Origin: Candidatus Heimdallarchaeota archaeon
GTDB taxonomy: Archaea; Asgardarchaeota; Heimdallarchaeia; Heimdallarchaeales; Heimdallarchaeaceae
DNA length: 64,000 bases
Direction of reading: 5' to 3'
NCBI GenBank assembly: GCA_019057815.1
Contig: JAHLWR010000003.1
Span: forward strand, 164,553 to 228,552
This document shows, piece by piece, positions 1 to 10,360 of this stretch (its first letter is position 1; every line of letters starts with the position of its first letter). Under the pieces are notes generated by a model, which searched no databases, was not told where the DNA came from, and saw only the letters and a program-made list of their open reading frames with translations. A program made the translations under genes and the position numbers.

Positions 1-50
1 ATTAAATATCTGAATGTAGAGGTATCTCCTTATGAGAGTAACTGCTTCTT

Positions 51-812
51 CTACTTGTCAACAAGATATACTTTGTTTTTGAATGCTACTATACGAACAT
101 TTTCTTCTCGTTCAAACCGATCATAATAATTGAAGCTTTTTGCATTGAGCTTTTGAGTCCCCATTCCTTCACCTAGATCAACAAAGATCATTCCGCCCCT
201 AGAATCGACAGGGACATATACTTGGGCTGAATGACCGATTAGAACTATTCCTTTCTTTACAGGAATAGAAGTTGTTGAAGAAATTTTCCTCCAAATCTTT
301 GAAATTATTAGAGCTAACAAATATGGAGTTATTATTACAGCTACTATTCTTAATATCCTTAAATAAAGCTCTGTTGTTTCAAGTTTCAATGTTGTAACAC
401 CTATTATTCCAAACATCAAAAAATATGTTGAGAGTATCAAGAATATTGGAGCTGATGAAGAAGTTACATCACTCAAAGCTGTGTGATCAACAGTTGTACT
501 ACTACTTGAAGAAACTAAATCTTTCTCTAGTGTTACCTCGTGATCTACTGCAACATCGTGATCTACTGTAATGTCATGGTCAACAGCAATGTCATGGTCA
601 ACAGCAACATCGTGGTCAACAGCAACATCGTGGTCAACAGCAACATCGTGGTCAACAGCAACATCGTGGTCTCCAATACCAAATGCATGGAGAAAATTCT
701 CTATATTAAGAAATACTGAAACAAAAACGAAAATTCCTCCACTTATTAGGAGAGCTAAAGCTATATTCCAAAGAACATTTTCAAATCCCACTAAGAAGCT
801 GTCATATGCCAA
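51..812 (-). CDS. NfeD/YqiJ-like membrane protein with His/Asp-rich repeat linker and C-terminal OB-like domain
   Basis: N-terminal TM, (DHDVAV)n linker, two further TMs, C-terminal LIGHSAQVYVPV...GMIFV...EENVRIV...VYLVDK resembling the NfeD OB fold; TTG start. Confidence 0.7.
   Translation of the reverse strand: MAYDSFLVGFENVLWNIALALLISGGIFVFVSVFLNIENFLHAFGIGDHDVAVDHDVAVDHDVAVDHDVAVDHDIAVDHDITVDHDVAVDHEVTLEKDLVSSSSSTTVDHTALSDVTSSSAPIFLILSTYFLMFGIIGVTTLKLETTELYLRILRIVAVIITPYLLALIISKIWRKISSTTSIPVKKGIVLIGHSAQVYVPVDSRGGMIFVDLGEGMGTQKLNAKSFNYYDRFEREENVRIVAFKNKVYLVDK
528..671 (-). repeat. 18-bp coding tandem repeat, 8 units (DHDVAV-type)
   Basis: acagcaacatcgtggtca and close variants repeated in tandem. 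Confidence 0.95.
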
Positions 813-980
813 CTTACCACTACCTTTCAGACTGTATCAAGTGAATAATGTACATACCCTTTTAAAAACCTTAACAAACGAATAATGAACAATAAAAGCT
901 ATATTAGCAAAATTTCCAATAATAATCGAATCAAAAAATAACCTTTAATTAGATATATGTGAATTTATTTTTGGAAACCT

Positions 981-2414
981 TTGATAGAGGAAAGTGAAAC
1001 AAGCTATAATTTGTGCATAGATGAGCTCAAGAAGAACAATATAACCGCTAAAATTCATGAAATTAGTGATAAAAATCTCCAAAATATTGATTCTGCAGTT
1101 CAAAATAAGATTGAGAGTGTCTTTAAAATAGCATCGCTATATAATTGCGCAATAGGTGTTATAGGGGGCTTTGTTAGAGATTTGTTATTGGGAAATCCAA
1201 GTCATGATATTGATTTCGTTGTTTTTAAAGGAAATATCAACAAATTGACAAAGATAATAGGTCACGAATTAAATGGTAAGATTGGGAAAATGAGCAATCA
1301 AACATTTACAACACAAATTAGGTTTCCAGATGGTATTATTTTCGAATTTAACTCAACTCGTAAAGAACATTATGAACATCCTTCAAGAATGCCAATAGTT
1401 GAAAAAGGAACATTAGTTGATGATTTGTTTAGGAGAGATTTTACAATAAATGCTTTTATAATGTTTGGAAAAAAGTACATTGATGTTTTTGACGGCACGA
1501 ATGATTTACAGAATATGATCATACAAACCACTCGTGAACCAACTGTTGTATTTCGAGAAGATTATTTGCGGATGTTTAGAGCGATTAGATTCTCTTGTAT
1601 GTTAAATTTCGAGATAGATAAAAGAGTAAAAGAGGGAATAAAGAAAAATGTAGAAAATCTCAAAATTGTTCCTCATGAACGCATTTTAGATGAACTCAAA
1701 CGCTCAATAAGTTCAAACCCTCTAAAAGCTTTCAGATTAATGGTTAATCTGAATATTTTTGAAACAATCTTCCCTGAAATTAAGAATTATCCTTTAGAAG
1801 ATTGCTTCTTCCTTCCTGTCACTGTTTGGAAAAAAATCGAACAAAAACTCAGATATATGCTTGATAATAAAATCACTGATAGCACTTTCTTGATAGCTGT
1901 TATCCTTCTAGAATTCGATTTAGATATGACATTAGAAAAGAACGAGACAGAATTCGAAGAATTCCGAGACATCCTAAACAAAATTCTAAAGCGATTGAAG
2001 TTCTCTAATAGGGAAGTGCAACGAATAAAAATCTATTATAAATTCAGGCACTCTCTCTTCAAATTCTGCGATTTTGATCCTTCAATTTTGGAAATTCGTT
2101 TGTTTTTACGTTCAGTTCATCCATTGTTAGATGATTTTATCTTACTCTCTCTAGCAGAAAATGAAACTAGACGGTTTCCATGTGATATGAAGAGAATAAT
2201 CACTAGACTAAGAGAAGTAAGCAATAAACCAGAACTAATACAATTTATGCCAAGATTAAATGGGCATGAAATGAATGAATTATTTGGTTTTGAAGGTAGG
2301 GTCATTGGAGATGTAAAGCTGTTACTAGTTACAGCTATAATGAATGAAGAGATAATTAATACACGTGAATCTTGTATAAACTACTTAGAAAAGAACAAAT
2401 GGAAAATTCTCTGA
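981..2414 (+). CDS. cca: class II (bacterial/eukaryotic-type) CCA tRNA nucleotidyltransferase / poly(A) polymerase family
   Basis: GGFVRDLLLG..DIDF, RKEHY...SRMP loop, DLFRRDFTINA, EDYLRMFRAIRF, ERILDEL motifs. Confidence 0.85.
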   Translation: MIEESETSYNLCIDELKKNNITAKIHEISDKNLQNIDSAVQNKIESVFKIASLYNCAIGVIGGFVRDLLLGNPSHDIDFVVFKGNINKLTKIIGHELNGKIGKMSNQTFTTQIRFPDGIIFEFNSTRKEHYEHPSRMPIVEKGTLVDDLFRRDFTINAFIMFGKKYIDVFDGTNDLQNMIIQTTREPTVVFREDYLRMFRAIRFSCMLNFEIDKRVKEGIKKNVENLKIVPHERILDELKRSISSNPLKAFRLMVNLNIFETIFPEIKNYPLEDCFFLPVTVWKKIEQKLRYMLDNKITDSTFLIAVILLEFDLDMTLEKNETEFEEFRDILNKILKRLKFSNREVQRIKIYYKFRHSLFKFCDFDPSILEIRLFLRSVHPLLDDFILLSLAENETRRFPCDMKRIITRLREVSNKPELIQFMPRLNGHEMNELFGFEGRVIGDVKLLLVTAIMNEEIINTRESCINYLEKNKWKIL

Positions 2415-2557
2415 AAAACTTGTTAGCTTGATTTACATATCTGTAGGAAAAAGATGCACATTCGATATTTTTATTGATGGAGGGGATTAGATGACGAATA
2501 AAACCCCGAATCAAGAGGTAGAAGTAAGTTTAAATGGAAGTTCTCGAAATTTCGTTT

Positions 2558-3439
2558 ATGTCAAGAGTCAAACTTTTTACTGATGCTTCTAGTTTTTTTC
2601 CTATAGATTTAGCCAAAAAGGAAAACGTTGTATTGCTCGAATCAATAGTAATGATGGGTGATAAACATTATCGTGAGATATCAGAATTAAACCGTGAAGA
2701 TTTTATAAATAGTTTAGAATCTTTAGATCCTTATCCTACAAGTACCCAAGTTCCAGCAAGTGATGTTTTAGAAGAACTAAACAAAGCAATTGAAGAAGGA
2801 TATGATGAGATTTTGTATTTAGTTGTGTCTACTCACCTTTCAAATGCTATAAATTCAATGAATATTGCTTCAAAAAAAGTAAAAGACAAAATAAAAGTAA
2901 CAATTTATCAGACTGATTACACTTGTACAGCCCAAGGAGCTATGACATATAGAGCTTGGACTATGCTAAAAGATGGTAAGTCAATTGAGGAGATAATAAA
3001 AGTTCTTGATTATGTGAAAGAAAAAACCTATTCGATAGGTGTTTCAGGAAGTTTCTTTGCTCTCTTTAGAACTGGTAAAGTTAAGAAGGGTGCAGCAATA
3101 AGTATCTTATCTTCTGCATTAAAAATGAAACCATTAGCAGAAATTAACACTACAGATGGTGTAATCGGTGTTGGTGCAGGATTAGGTTTTAAGAATGCTA
3201 TAAAAAAGATGGTGAAACACATAAAGGAAAACACTGATCCAAATATGACATATGACTTGTTTTTATCGGACGCTTTGAATAAAGAATTACTAAAACAGTA
3301 CGAAGCTGCTATTATGAAAAATCGAAAAATTGAAAAATCCTATCATTGGGACTTAACAGCTGTTGTTGCCTTAACAATTGGAAAGGGCAGCGTTATGATG
3401 GCAATAACTCCTTCAGAAAAAGAGTTAGAAAAATTGTAA
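2558..3439 (+). CDS. DegV/FakB family fatty-acid-binding protein
   Basis: VKLFTDASS, PTSTQVP, VSTHLS, MKPL, TIGKG pattern; ATG at 2558 preferred over 2534. Confidence 0.8.
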   Translation: MSRVKLFTDASSFFPIDLAKKENVVLLESIVMMGDKHYREISELNREDFINSLESLDPYPTSTQVPASDVLEELNKAIEEGYDEILYLVVSTHLSNAINSMNIASKKVKDKIKVTIYQTDYTCTAQGAMTYRAWTMLKDGKSIEEIIKVLDYVKEKTYSIGVSGSFFALFRTGKVKKGAAISILSSALKMKPLAEINTTDGVIGVGAGLGFKNAIKKMVKHIKENTDPNMTYDLFLSDALNKELLKQYEAAIMKNRKIEKSYHWDLTAVVALTIGKGSVMMAITPSEKELEKL

Positions 3440-3491
3440 TCGCTTCCTTATTCTCTTTTTAAACCAGTTTTTTGGATTTAACGAACAATGT

Positions 3492-3524
3492 AGAAGTCCC
3501 CTTCCTTTGGGTAGGGGAAGTTCA
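3492..3524 (+). mobile_element. orphan IS200/IS605-type terminal palindrome (end remnant)
   Basis: agaagtCCCCTTCC-tttg-GGTAGGGGaagttca: GC-rich imperfect hairpin ending in TTCA within AT-rich intergenic DNA; no transposase nearby. Confidence 0.55.
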
Positions 3525-3631
3525 TTTCCAATATTCAGAAAAACAAGTAAATCATTGATATTGAAGAAAAAAAAGGAAAACTGAGAATATAACTCAGATT
3601 CCAATTTCATAGAATGGGTGTTCAATTATCA

Positions 3632-5578
3632 TTAATTCTTCTTCTTTCTTCTTAATACACCTATTGCAGTTAAAGCAATTAATGACAAAACTGTCCATAA
3701 TTGACTGGAAGCTGCTTCTGTTATAATTCCTTGCGTATACATATCTATTCCAGCGAAATCTTCTGCCTCCATTGTTATAGCTGTAGTTGTTGACTCTTCG
3801 ATAGGTTCCTCGGGGTCATCTAATGCTGTTAGGATTATTGCTGTATAACCTTTAATAACAAGACCATATTGTAAAGCAAGTGAGATAATTTGAGCTCGAA
3901 GAGCATCTGTGTCTCCTTCAAGAAGGACTTGATTGAGTAAGTATGAAAGGCGGTGTTGAGCCCAGATAGATTCAACGTATGGATAGATGGTAGACGCATC
4001 AGTAGCATAGTTGGAATAGATTTCGTCACCAGTAACATAGAGGATAGTTGTTTCTATAAGAATAGAGGTTTCATAAAGACCAGAGAGAGATACTTCACTC
4101 CCATTAAAGAACGGAGAGTCTTTTAGAGGAACTAGTGACGCTGTCAAATAAGCGCCTTCAATATGTAAGGAATATCCGCTAGCGATAGGGGTAGCAAATT
4201 GTTTGTAGAAATCTATAATTTTGGTTGTTGCTTCCTCATCTGTTTGGATAAAAGTGAAGAATCCATTGTTTTGTGAAGCCATATTTGCCATTAATCCTTC
4301 ATCGGCACCATAACCGAAAGCAACAGCAGAAATAGACACTTTTTTGGAGTTCGCTTCGTTGATTGCAATTAATAGCCCAGGAGTATCAGTTATCGGGCCA
4401 GCAGTGGGTGCACCGTCAGAGAGGACAAGCATTACATTAGCTGCATTTGCCTCTGTGAAAGTCTCTAAACCTGTAATACAAGCATCATGGAAATTCGTAC
4501 TTCCACCAGCCACCAAACTATTAACCCAGTCTTTTGCTTCCTGTTTGAAGGATGCTGAAGCTATATGTGGTTCATCCCAAAGTGTAGATACTTCTGTTTC
4601 GAAAGCTACAACAGTAAAGAGATCAATTTCAGATAAGTCATCAATTATTGAACTGAAAGCGATCTTTGCTTGAGAGATTTTATCACCTCCCATAGAACCA
4701 GAAATGTCGATAACAAGAACATATTGTCGAGGGACTATATCTGAAACTTCTACAATGCTGGGAGCAAGAAGATAAGTAAAGAAATTGTGTGTTCCATTAG
4801 TATGTGTAAGCAACTGACTGCCACCAGTTTGACGTTCTAGTACATAATTTAGAGTAAGTCCAGCTGGGATGACAAAATTAGTAGATGAATAAGTTAAACG
4901 GATTCCATTTGTTATGACTGTAGCCAGATATCCAACCAAACCGGTTACTGAATATCCCTCTATGGATCCATAATTTGAGCAAATACTAACATCTAGATCA
5001 AAATCTGCTTGTAGTAAAGAAGTAGGAGTGGAAAAAGGTAGTATTAAACTGTAAAGACCCAAATCTCTTGTCAGTAAACCTTCAAGAAATATGGTCAATA
5101 GTGCTTCTGTGCCGTTCTCAATATTCATATCGATAGTATAACCATTAGACTCAGCTTTAACTAGAACTCCTGTAAGATTAGCTTCAACAGTCTCGTTGTA
5201 AATCTCTTCAGCTATCTCTACAGGTTTAATCCTACCCCAGTAGACAAGGTCACTCAAGGTAGCAGAAACATTGCTTAAGCGAATGCCATCTTGTACTTCG
5301 AAGAACCAACTGATTTCCGTTGCTTCAGCAGAAGCGGTATTATCGAAACGTAATTCATAAGTGAAATTGGCATAATTATCAACGATATCGCCTTTGACTT
5401 CAACAGAATATGGAACAAGAGAATCTTGTGCTTGAGTGGAAACGGGGAAATAAATCAATGAACAGACAAATAAAAGGATGAGTATAAAGGAAAATTTCCT
5501 GATACTTAGGTTTTTAATAGTCTGTCCAAAAGATGTAAGAGAAGATTGAGTGTGAATAAATTGTTTCATAAATAACAT
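3632..5578 (-). CDS. VIT + von Willebrand factor A domain surface protein with signal peptide and C-terminal TM anchor
   Basis: MIDAS VIDISGSM, GGSTN, LSDG, AFGYGAD; N-terminal VIT-like region; TM followed by RRKKKN. Confidence 0.85.
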   Translation of the reverse strand: MLFMKQFIHTQSSLTSFGQTIKNLSIRKFSFILILLFVCSLIYFPVSTQAQDSLVPYSVEVKGDIVDNYANFTYELRFDNTASAEATEISWFFEVQDGIRLSNVSATLSDLVYWGRIKPVEIAEEIYNETVEANLTGVLVKAESNGYTIDMNIENGTEALLTIFLEGLLTRDLGLYSLILPFSTPTSLLQADFDLDVSICSNYGSIEGYSVTGLVGYLATVITNGIRLTYSSTNFVIPAGLTLNYVLERQTGGSQLLTHTNGTHNFFTYLLAPSIVEVSDIVPRQYVLVIDISGSMGGDKISQAKIAFSSIIDDLSEIDLFTVVAFETEVSTLWDEPHIASASFKQEAKDWVNSLVAGGSTNFHDACITGLETFTEANAANVMLVLSDGAPTAGPITDTPGLLIAINEANSKKVSISAVAFGYGADEGLMANMASQNNGFFTFIQTDEEATTKIIDFYKQFATPIASGYSLHIEGAYLTASLVPLKDSPFFNGSEVSLSGLYETSILIETTILYVTGDEIYSNYATDASTIYPYVESIWAQHRLSYLLNQVLLEGDTDALRAQIISLALQYGLVIKGYTAIILTALDDPEEPIEESTTTAITMEAEDFAGIDMYTQGIITEAASSQLWTVLSLIALTAIGVLRRKKKN

Positions 5579-5639
5579 AGGATTCTAGCATTATAAAGTG
5601 TCTTTGTGTAATAATGAACACAAAAAACGAGAAATTACT

Positions 5640-5942
5640 TTAATCTATATCATCATCGGGATTAATATCATAGACATCTGTTACAGGAGCTAATAGGTGT
5701 TTATACTTCCTTTTCTTACGAATATAGTTTACTAACCAACCAACAAATATAATGGAATTTAACGTAAGTGTTGCTAGCAATAATGCTGCAAAAAGCAAGG
5801 CTAAACCTATTACACCCAAACCTTCTGCTGTTGGCAATTTAATACCTATGAAAATAGTGAATAGTGTTAATAAACCATCAATGATCAAAAAAGGCCATTT
5901 GATTAACTTTTGCCATAATGGAGGTTTTGATTTAAATCCCAT
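5640..5942 (-). CDS. small two-TM membrane protein, unknown function
   Basis: two hydrophobic segments, basic then acidic tail. Confidence 0.6.
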   Translation of the reverse strand: MGFKSKPPLWQKLIKWPFLIIDGLLTLFTIFIGIKLPTAEGLGVIGLALLFAALLLATLTLNSIIFVGWLVNYIRKKRKYKHLLAPVTDVYDINPDDDID

Positions 5943-6118
5943 AAACTACAAAGATATAACTTATTTAAAATCATTTTGTGAAGATAGAACATAATAGGAG
6001 TTGAAAAATTGAAACTTCAAGAATTGCAACAAGTTTTAACATCTTTCTACTAGAAGTATGAGCTTTCAATAAAAATGATTTAAAGAAAAAGAAAAAGAGA
6101 AAAGAAGTTTATGGTAAA

Positions 6119-8134
6119 CTATTCAGATTTCTGATTTTGATTCTTCTTTCTTCTCCTTACTTGTAGAATTATAAGCACAAATAATGATAAGAGGGCAAAT
6201 AGCGGTTGAAGACTGCTTTCTTCTGTAGTCTTTACATCTGTGTTGATTTGAGAGGAGACATCTGTTGTTGATGTTATTCCTGTAGTAACAGCTGAAGTCA
6301 TTGTTGTATATGGAGGATCATAATACCAATCATCTGTTGTAGTTATTATAGTCTCTTCTGGTTCTTCTAATGATGTAATGATTATTGCAGTATAACCTTT
6401 AACAACAAGACCATATTGTAAAGCAAGTGAGATAATCTGAGCTCGAAGAGCATCTGTTTCACCTTCTAGAAGAACTTGATTGAGTAAGTAGGAAAGACGA
6501 CGTTGAGCCCAAATAGATTCTACGTAGGGATATATAGTAGAAGGATCAGTAGCGGTATTGTAATAGCTTTCAGGACCGATAGCATACAATATAGTTGTAT
6601 TAATAGAAAGAGAGGTTTCATAAAGTCCCGTAAGTAAAACCTCACTACCATTAAAGAATGGAGAATCTTTTAAAGGAACTAATGAAGCGGTTAGATAGGC
6701 ACCTTCAATATGTATGGAATATCCACTAGCAATAGGAATACCAAAATTTTTGTAGAATTCTAGAAGTTTAGTTGCTGCATCATCATCTGTTTGAATAAAA
6801 ACAAAGAATCCATTGTTTTGTGAAGCCATATTTGCCATTAATCCTTCATCAGCACCATAACCGAAAGCAACGGTTGAGATGGATACCTTCTTAGTATTTG
6901 CTTCGCTTACGGCTGTTAATATACTAAGTGTATTAGTTATCCCAGCAGTGGGTGCACCGTCAGAGAGGACAAGCATTACATTGGCCATGTCAGCATCTGT
7001 GAAAGTCCCTAAACCTGTAATACAAGCATCATGGAAATTTGTACTTCCACCAGCTACCAAACTATTGACCCAGTCTTTTGCTTCTTGTTTGAAAGTCTCT
7101 GAAGCTATATGAGGTTCATCCCAAAGTGTAGATACTTCTGTTTCGAAAGCTACAACAGTAAAAAGATCAATTTCAGATAAGTCATCAATTATTGAACTGA
7201 AAGCGATCTTTGCCTGAGAGATTTTATCACCTCCCATAGAACCTGAAATGTCGATAACAAGAACATATTGTCTAGGGACTATATCCAAAACTTCGACAAT
7301 GCTGGGAGCAAGAAGATAAGTAAAGAAATTGTGTGTTCCATTAGTATGTGTAAGCAACTTGCTACCACCAATTTGGCGCTCTAAAGCATATTTCAGAGAG
7401 AGTTCAGCTGGTATAACTAAGCTTGTGGATGTATAAGTTAGACGGATTCCATTTGTTATGACTGTAGCTAGATATCCAACCAGACCAGTAACAGAATAAC
7501 CCTCTATAGACCCATAATTTGAGCGTATACTCACATCTAGCTCAAAATCCGCTTGTAACAAAGAAGTAGGAGTGGAGATTGGGAGGTCAAGACTGTAAAG
7601 ACCCATTTTTCGAGTAAGTAAACCTTCAAGAAATATGGTTAAAATAGCTTCTGTACCGTTCTCAATATTCATATCGATAGTATAACCATTAGACTCAGCT
7701 TTAACTAGAACTCCTGTAAGATTAGCTTCAACAGTCTCGTTGTAAATCTCTTCAGCTATCTCTACAGGTTTAATCCTACCCCAGTAGACAAGGTCACTCA
7801 AGGTAGCAGAAACATTGCTTAAGCGAATGCCATCTTGTACTTCGAAGAACCAACTGATTTCCGTTGCTTCAGCAGAAGCGGTATTATCGAAACGTAATTC
7901 ATAAGTGAAATTGGCATAATTATCAACGATATCGCCTTTAACTTTAACAGAATATGGAAGAAGAGGATCTTGAGCTTCAGAGGAAAGGGGGAAAAAAGCT
8001 AATGTACATATAAATAAAATAATGAAAAGAAAGGATAAAATTCGCTTGTTTACCTTAATTGAGGGCATTCTAGAAACTGTAGGAGAAATATTATGGTGAA
8101 TATTTTGTTTCATAATTAATCTTAGCATAGACAC
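6119..8134 (-). CDS. VIT + vWA domain surface protein (paralog of 3632-5578)
   Basis: same architecture and long near-identical stretches with the first copy; longer Thr-rich stalk. Confidence 0.85.
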   Translation of the reverse strand: MSMLRLIMKQNIHHNISPTVSRMPSIKVNKRILSFLFIILFICTLAFFPLSSEAQDPLLPYSVKVKGDIVDNYANFTYELRFDNTASAEATEISWFFEVQDGIRLSNVSATLSDLVYWGRIKPVEIAEEIYNETVEANLTGVLVKAESNGYTIDMNIENGTEAILTIFLEGLLTRKMGLYSLDLPISTPTSLLQADFELDVSIRSNYGSIEGYSVTGLVGYLATVITNGIRLTYTSTSLVIPAELSLKYALERQIGGSKLLTHTNGTHNFFTYLLAPSIVEVLDIVPRQYVLVIDISGSMGGDKISQAKIAFSSIIDDLSEIDLFTVVAFETEVSTLWDEPHIASETFKQEAKDWVNSLVAGGSTNFHDACITGLGTFTDADMANVMLVLSDGAPTAGITNTLSILTAVSEANTKKVSISTVAFGYGADEGLMANMASQNNGFFVFIQTDDDAATKLLEFYKNFGIPIASGYSIHIEGAYLTASLVPLKDSPFFNGSEVLLTGLYETSLSINTTILYAIGPESYYNTATDPSTIYPYVESIWAQRRLSYLLNQVLLEGETDALRAQIISLALQYGLVVKGYTAIIITSLEEPEETIITTTDDWYYDPPYTTMTSAVTTGITSTTDVSSQINTDVKTTEESSLQPLFALLSLFVLIILQVRRRKKNQNQKSE

Positions 8135-8404
8135 TTAAAAAGGTTCTTTGTGTAGAAGAAAACACAAAAATACCGCAAATTACCAAAACGAATTTCTTCA
8201 CACAATATAAACAAATTAAAAAATGATAAAAAAGATCGAAGTGACTCATCTAGAAGAAAAATCGAAAGAAAAAAAGGAAAAGAGAGAAAGAATCTTATGT
8301 TTAATCTAGTAGAAACTAAAAGAAATACGATAAGAGAAAAAAATAGGAAAAAAGTAAGGTTAATATTGAATTGAAGAGTATAGTTACAAAGAGCATCTAT
8401 TGAG

Positions 8405-8785
8405 GTGAAAAAGATTTCATCAGAAAAAAGGAATAAAACTGACAAAACCAAAGAAAATTCTAGAGAAGAAAAAGAAAAGGAAGATGTTTTTCCTGAATTT
8501 TCACTACTATTAAGTAAAGATGATTCAATAAAAACTCCTTCAGAAACACTAGAATCTTCTAAATTTGATGAACTATCCTTAGAAGATAAACCTTCTTCAC
8601 CACTTGACTCTAGTCGTCTTAAAATTTTGCTGCCAGAATTGGATAATGAAAAATTGAAGGAATTACAAAAACTTATTATGTCTGGCTGTAATAGCGAAAC
8701 TTGTGATCTTAGTGACTCCAAGGGTATTGACGTTCAAATAAATGCATCAGAGGGTGGAAAGAAAAAGAGAGAAAGGAAAATATAG
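8405..8785 (+). CDS. hypothetical charged protein
   Basis: 126-aa K/E/S-rich ORF, no recognisable motif. Confidence 0.45.
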   Translation: MKKISSEKRNKTDKTKENSREEKEKEDVFPEFSLLLSKDDSIKTPSETLESSKFDELSLEDKPSSPLDSSRLKILLPELDNEKLKELQKLIMSGCNSETCDLSDSKGIDVQINASEGGKKKRERKI

Positions 8786-8872
8786 GTTGATTTTTTTGTA
8801 CAATGGGGGAAGAAGAAAAAACTATCGAAAGTATATATATATTTGATAAAGAGTTAGAGTAAGTGTGATTTA

Positions 8873-10360
8873 ATGAAAAAGAGAACAACAATAATTCTAC
8901 TAATACTTATATTTACAATCTACGCATCGAATACCAATGTACAAATAAATGCTGAAGAGAATAATTATAGACTTACTTTACTAGAGTTGACTCCTCATGA
9001 TCCAATATCGATAACCAGTGATAGCGATTTTGAGGTTTTTCCAGGCTTGGGAACATCTGAGAATCCTTATCTTATTGATGGTTACAATATCACAACAACG
9101 AGTACAAATGGTATTAATATTAGAGGTACAACGAAATATTTTACTGTTCGTAATTGCTATATTGATGCAGATAGCGATGGCATTTATATCGAAAATGTAG
9201 CAGATGGTACAGCAACTGTCATTAACAACACTTGCATCAACAATGCCTATGGCATCGAGATTTGGGATTCTGTTAGTTCGACTGTCATTAACAACACTTG
9301 CATCAACAATGGCTTCAAAGGCATCATGCTTTCCTTTTCTGTTAGTTCGACTGTTACTAACAACATTTTTACTAATTGTGGTTTGTGTATAAACGAAGAT
9401 AACACTGATGCATACATATCATATACTGTCGAGAATAATTGGGTGAATGGTAAAAAACTAGGTTTTTACACTAACCTTGACTCTACAATCATTGCTGAAC
9501 CAATTTATGGTCAGTTGATATTAGTCAATTGTACCAATATGACAGTACGTGACCAAATATTAAATAACGCTACAATTGGTCTATTTCTCTGCTCCTGTAC
9601 ATCTTCAGCTATTATTAACAACATATGCAACAATGGCGACTACGGTATCTATCTTTACTCTTCTGGTAGTTCGACTATTTCCAACAACACGTGCAGTAAT
9701 AATTGGTTCAGCATTTCTCTTGTCTATTCTGGTAGTTCGACTGTCGCAAACAACACTTGTAGCAATAACCACTGGAGTGGTATCTGTCTTGGCCATTCTG
9801 GTAGTTCTACGGTGGCAAACAACACTTGCAGCAACAATGGTTACGGCATCAAGCTTGATTATTCCAGTAGTTCGATTGTCACCAACAACACGTGCAACAA
9901 CAATAACTACTGGGGTATCTTACTTTACTCTTCTGATTTTTGTGTCGTTGCTTACAATCTTCTACAAGAAAATGAATACTATGGAGTATGCTTAGGATTA
10001 GATTCTGATAATATTCTTATTCACCATAATACCTTTGTAGACAATAATATAGGAGGAACTTCGCAAGCTTGGGATGCAGGAGCTAACAACTTTTGGTATG
10101 ATACTGCAACACTTGAAGGCAACTACTGGTCAGATTGGTCAGGAACAGGTTCTTATGTTATTGATGGCTCCGCAGGATTAGAAGATCTTTATCCTCTCGA
10201 TGAACCTGCTGAATATTCAGTTGAATCTACTACAGATGAAAATCCATTAAGCTTTACATTTACTCTACTAATAGTAGTAGTTCCCTTAATGCTCACAAGG
10301 ATAATCTCAAGGAAGGCAAAGAAAAATAGAACAGCTGTCAGAAACATCATAGAAACGTAG
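8873..10360 (+). CDS. right-handed beta-helix (NosD/pectin-lyase-like) repeat surface protein, copy 1
   Basis: signal peptide, GTSENPYLIDG, 22-aa NNTCxNNxxGIxLxxSxSSTV repeats, GNYWSDW, C-terminal TM and basic tail. Confidence 0.85.
   Translation: MKKRTTIILLILIFTIYASNTNVQINAEENNYRLTLLELTPHDPISITSDSDFEVFPGLGTSENPYLIDGYNITTTSTNGINIRGTTKYFTVRNCYIDADSDGIYIENVADGTATVINNTCINNAYGIEIWDSVSSTVINNTCINNGFKGIMLSFSVSSTVTNNIFTNCGLCINEDNTDAYISYTVENNWVNGKKLGFYTNLDSTIIAEPIYGQLILVNCTNMTVRDQILNNATIGLFLCSCTSSAIINNICNNGDYGIYLYSSGSSTISNNTCSNNWFSISLVYSGSSTVANNTCSNNHWSGICLGHSGSSTVANNTCSNNGYGIKLDYSSSSIVTNNTCNNNNYWGILLYSSDFCVVAYNLLQENEYYGVCLGLDSDNILIHHNTFVDNNIGGTSQAWDAGANNFWYDTATLEGNYWSDWSGTGSYVIDGSAGLEDLYPLDEPAEYSVESTTDENPLSFTFTLLIVVVPLMLTRIISRKAKKNRTAVRNIIET

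Noticed and set aside
528-671. Tandem repeats here, at 43432-43510 and in the beta-helix genes as CRISPR arrays
   Set aside because: All are in-frame coding repeats without unique spacers; no cas genes.
571-885. Shadow ORFs such as 571-885, 8122-8721, 9576-9995, 11471-11941, 12380-12754 and 54405-55067
   Set aside because: They are antisense or off-frame to well-supported genes and stay open because of repeats or biased composition.
2474-2514. ttgat-gga-gggg...cccc-gaatcaa hairpin as a SECIS or riboswitch
   Set aside because: Inner pairing is poor and no in-frame TGA selenoprotein candidate is adjacent.
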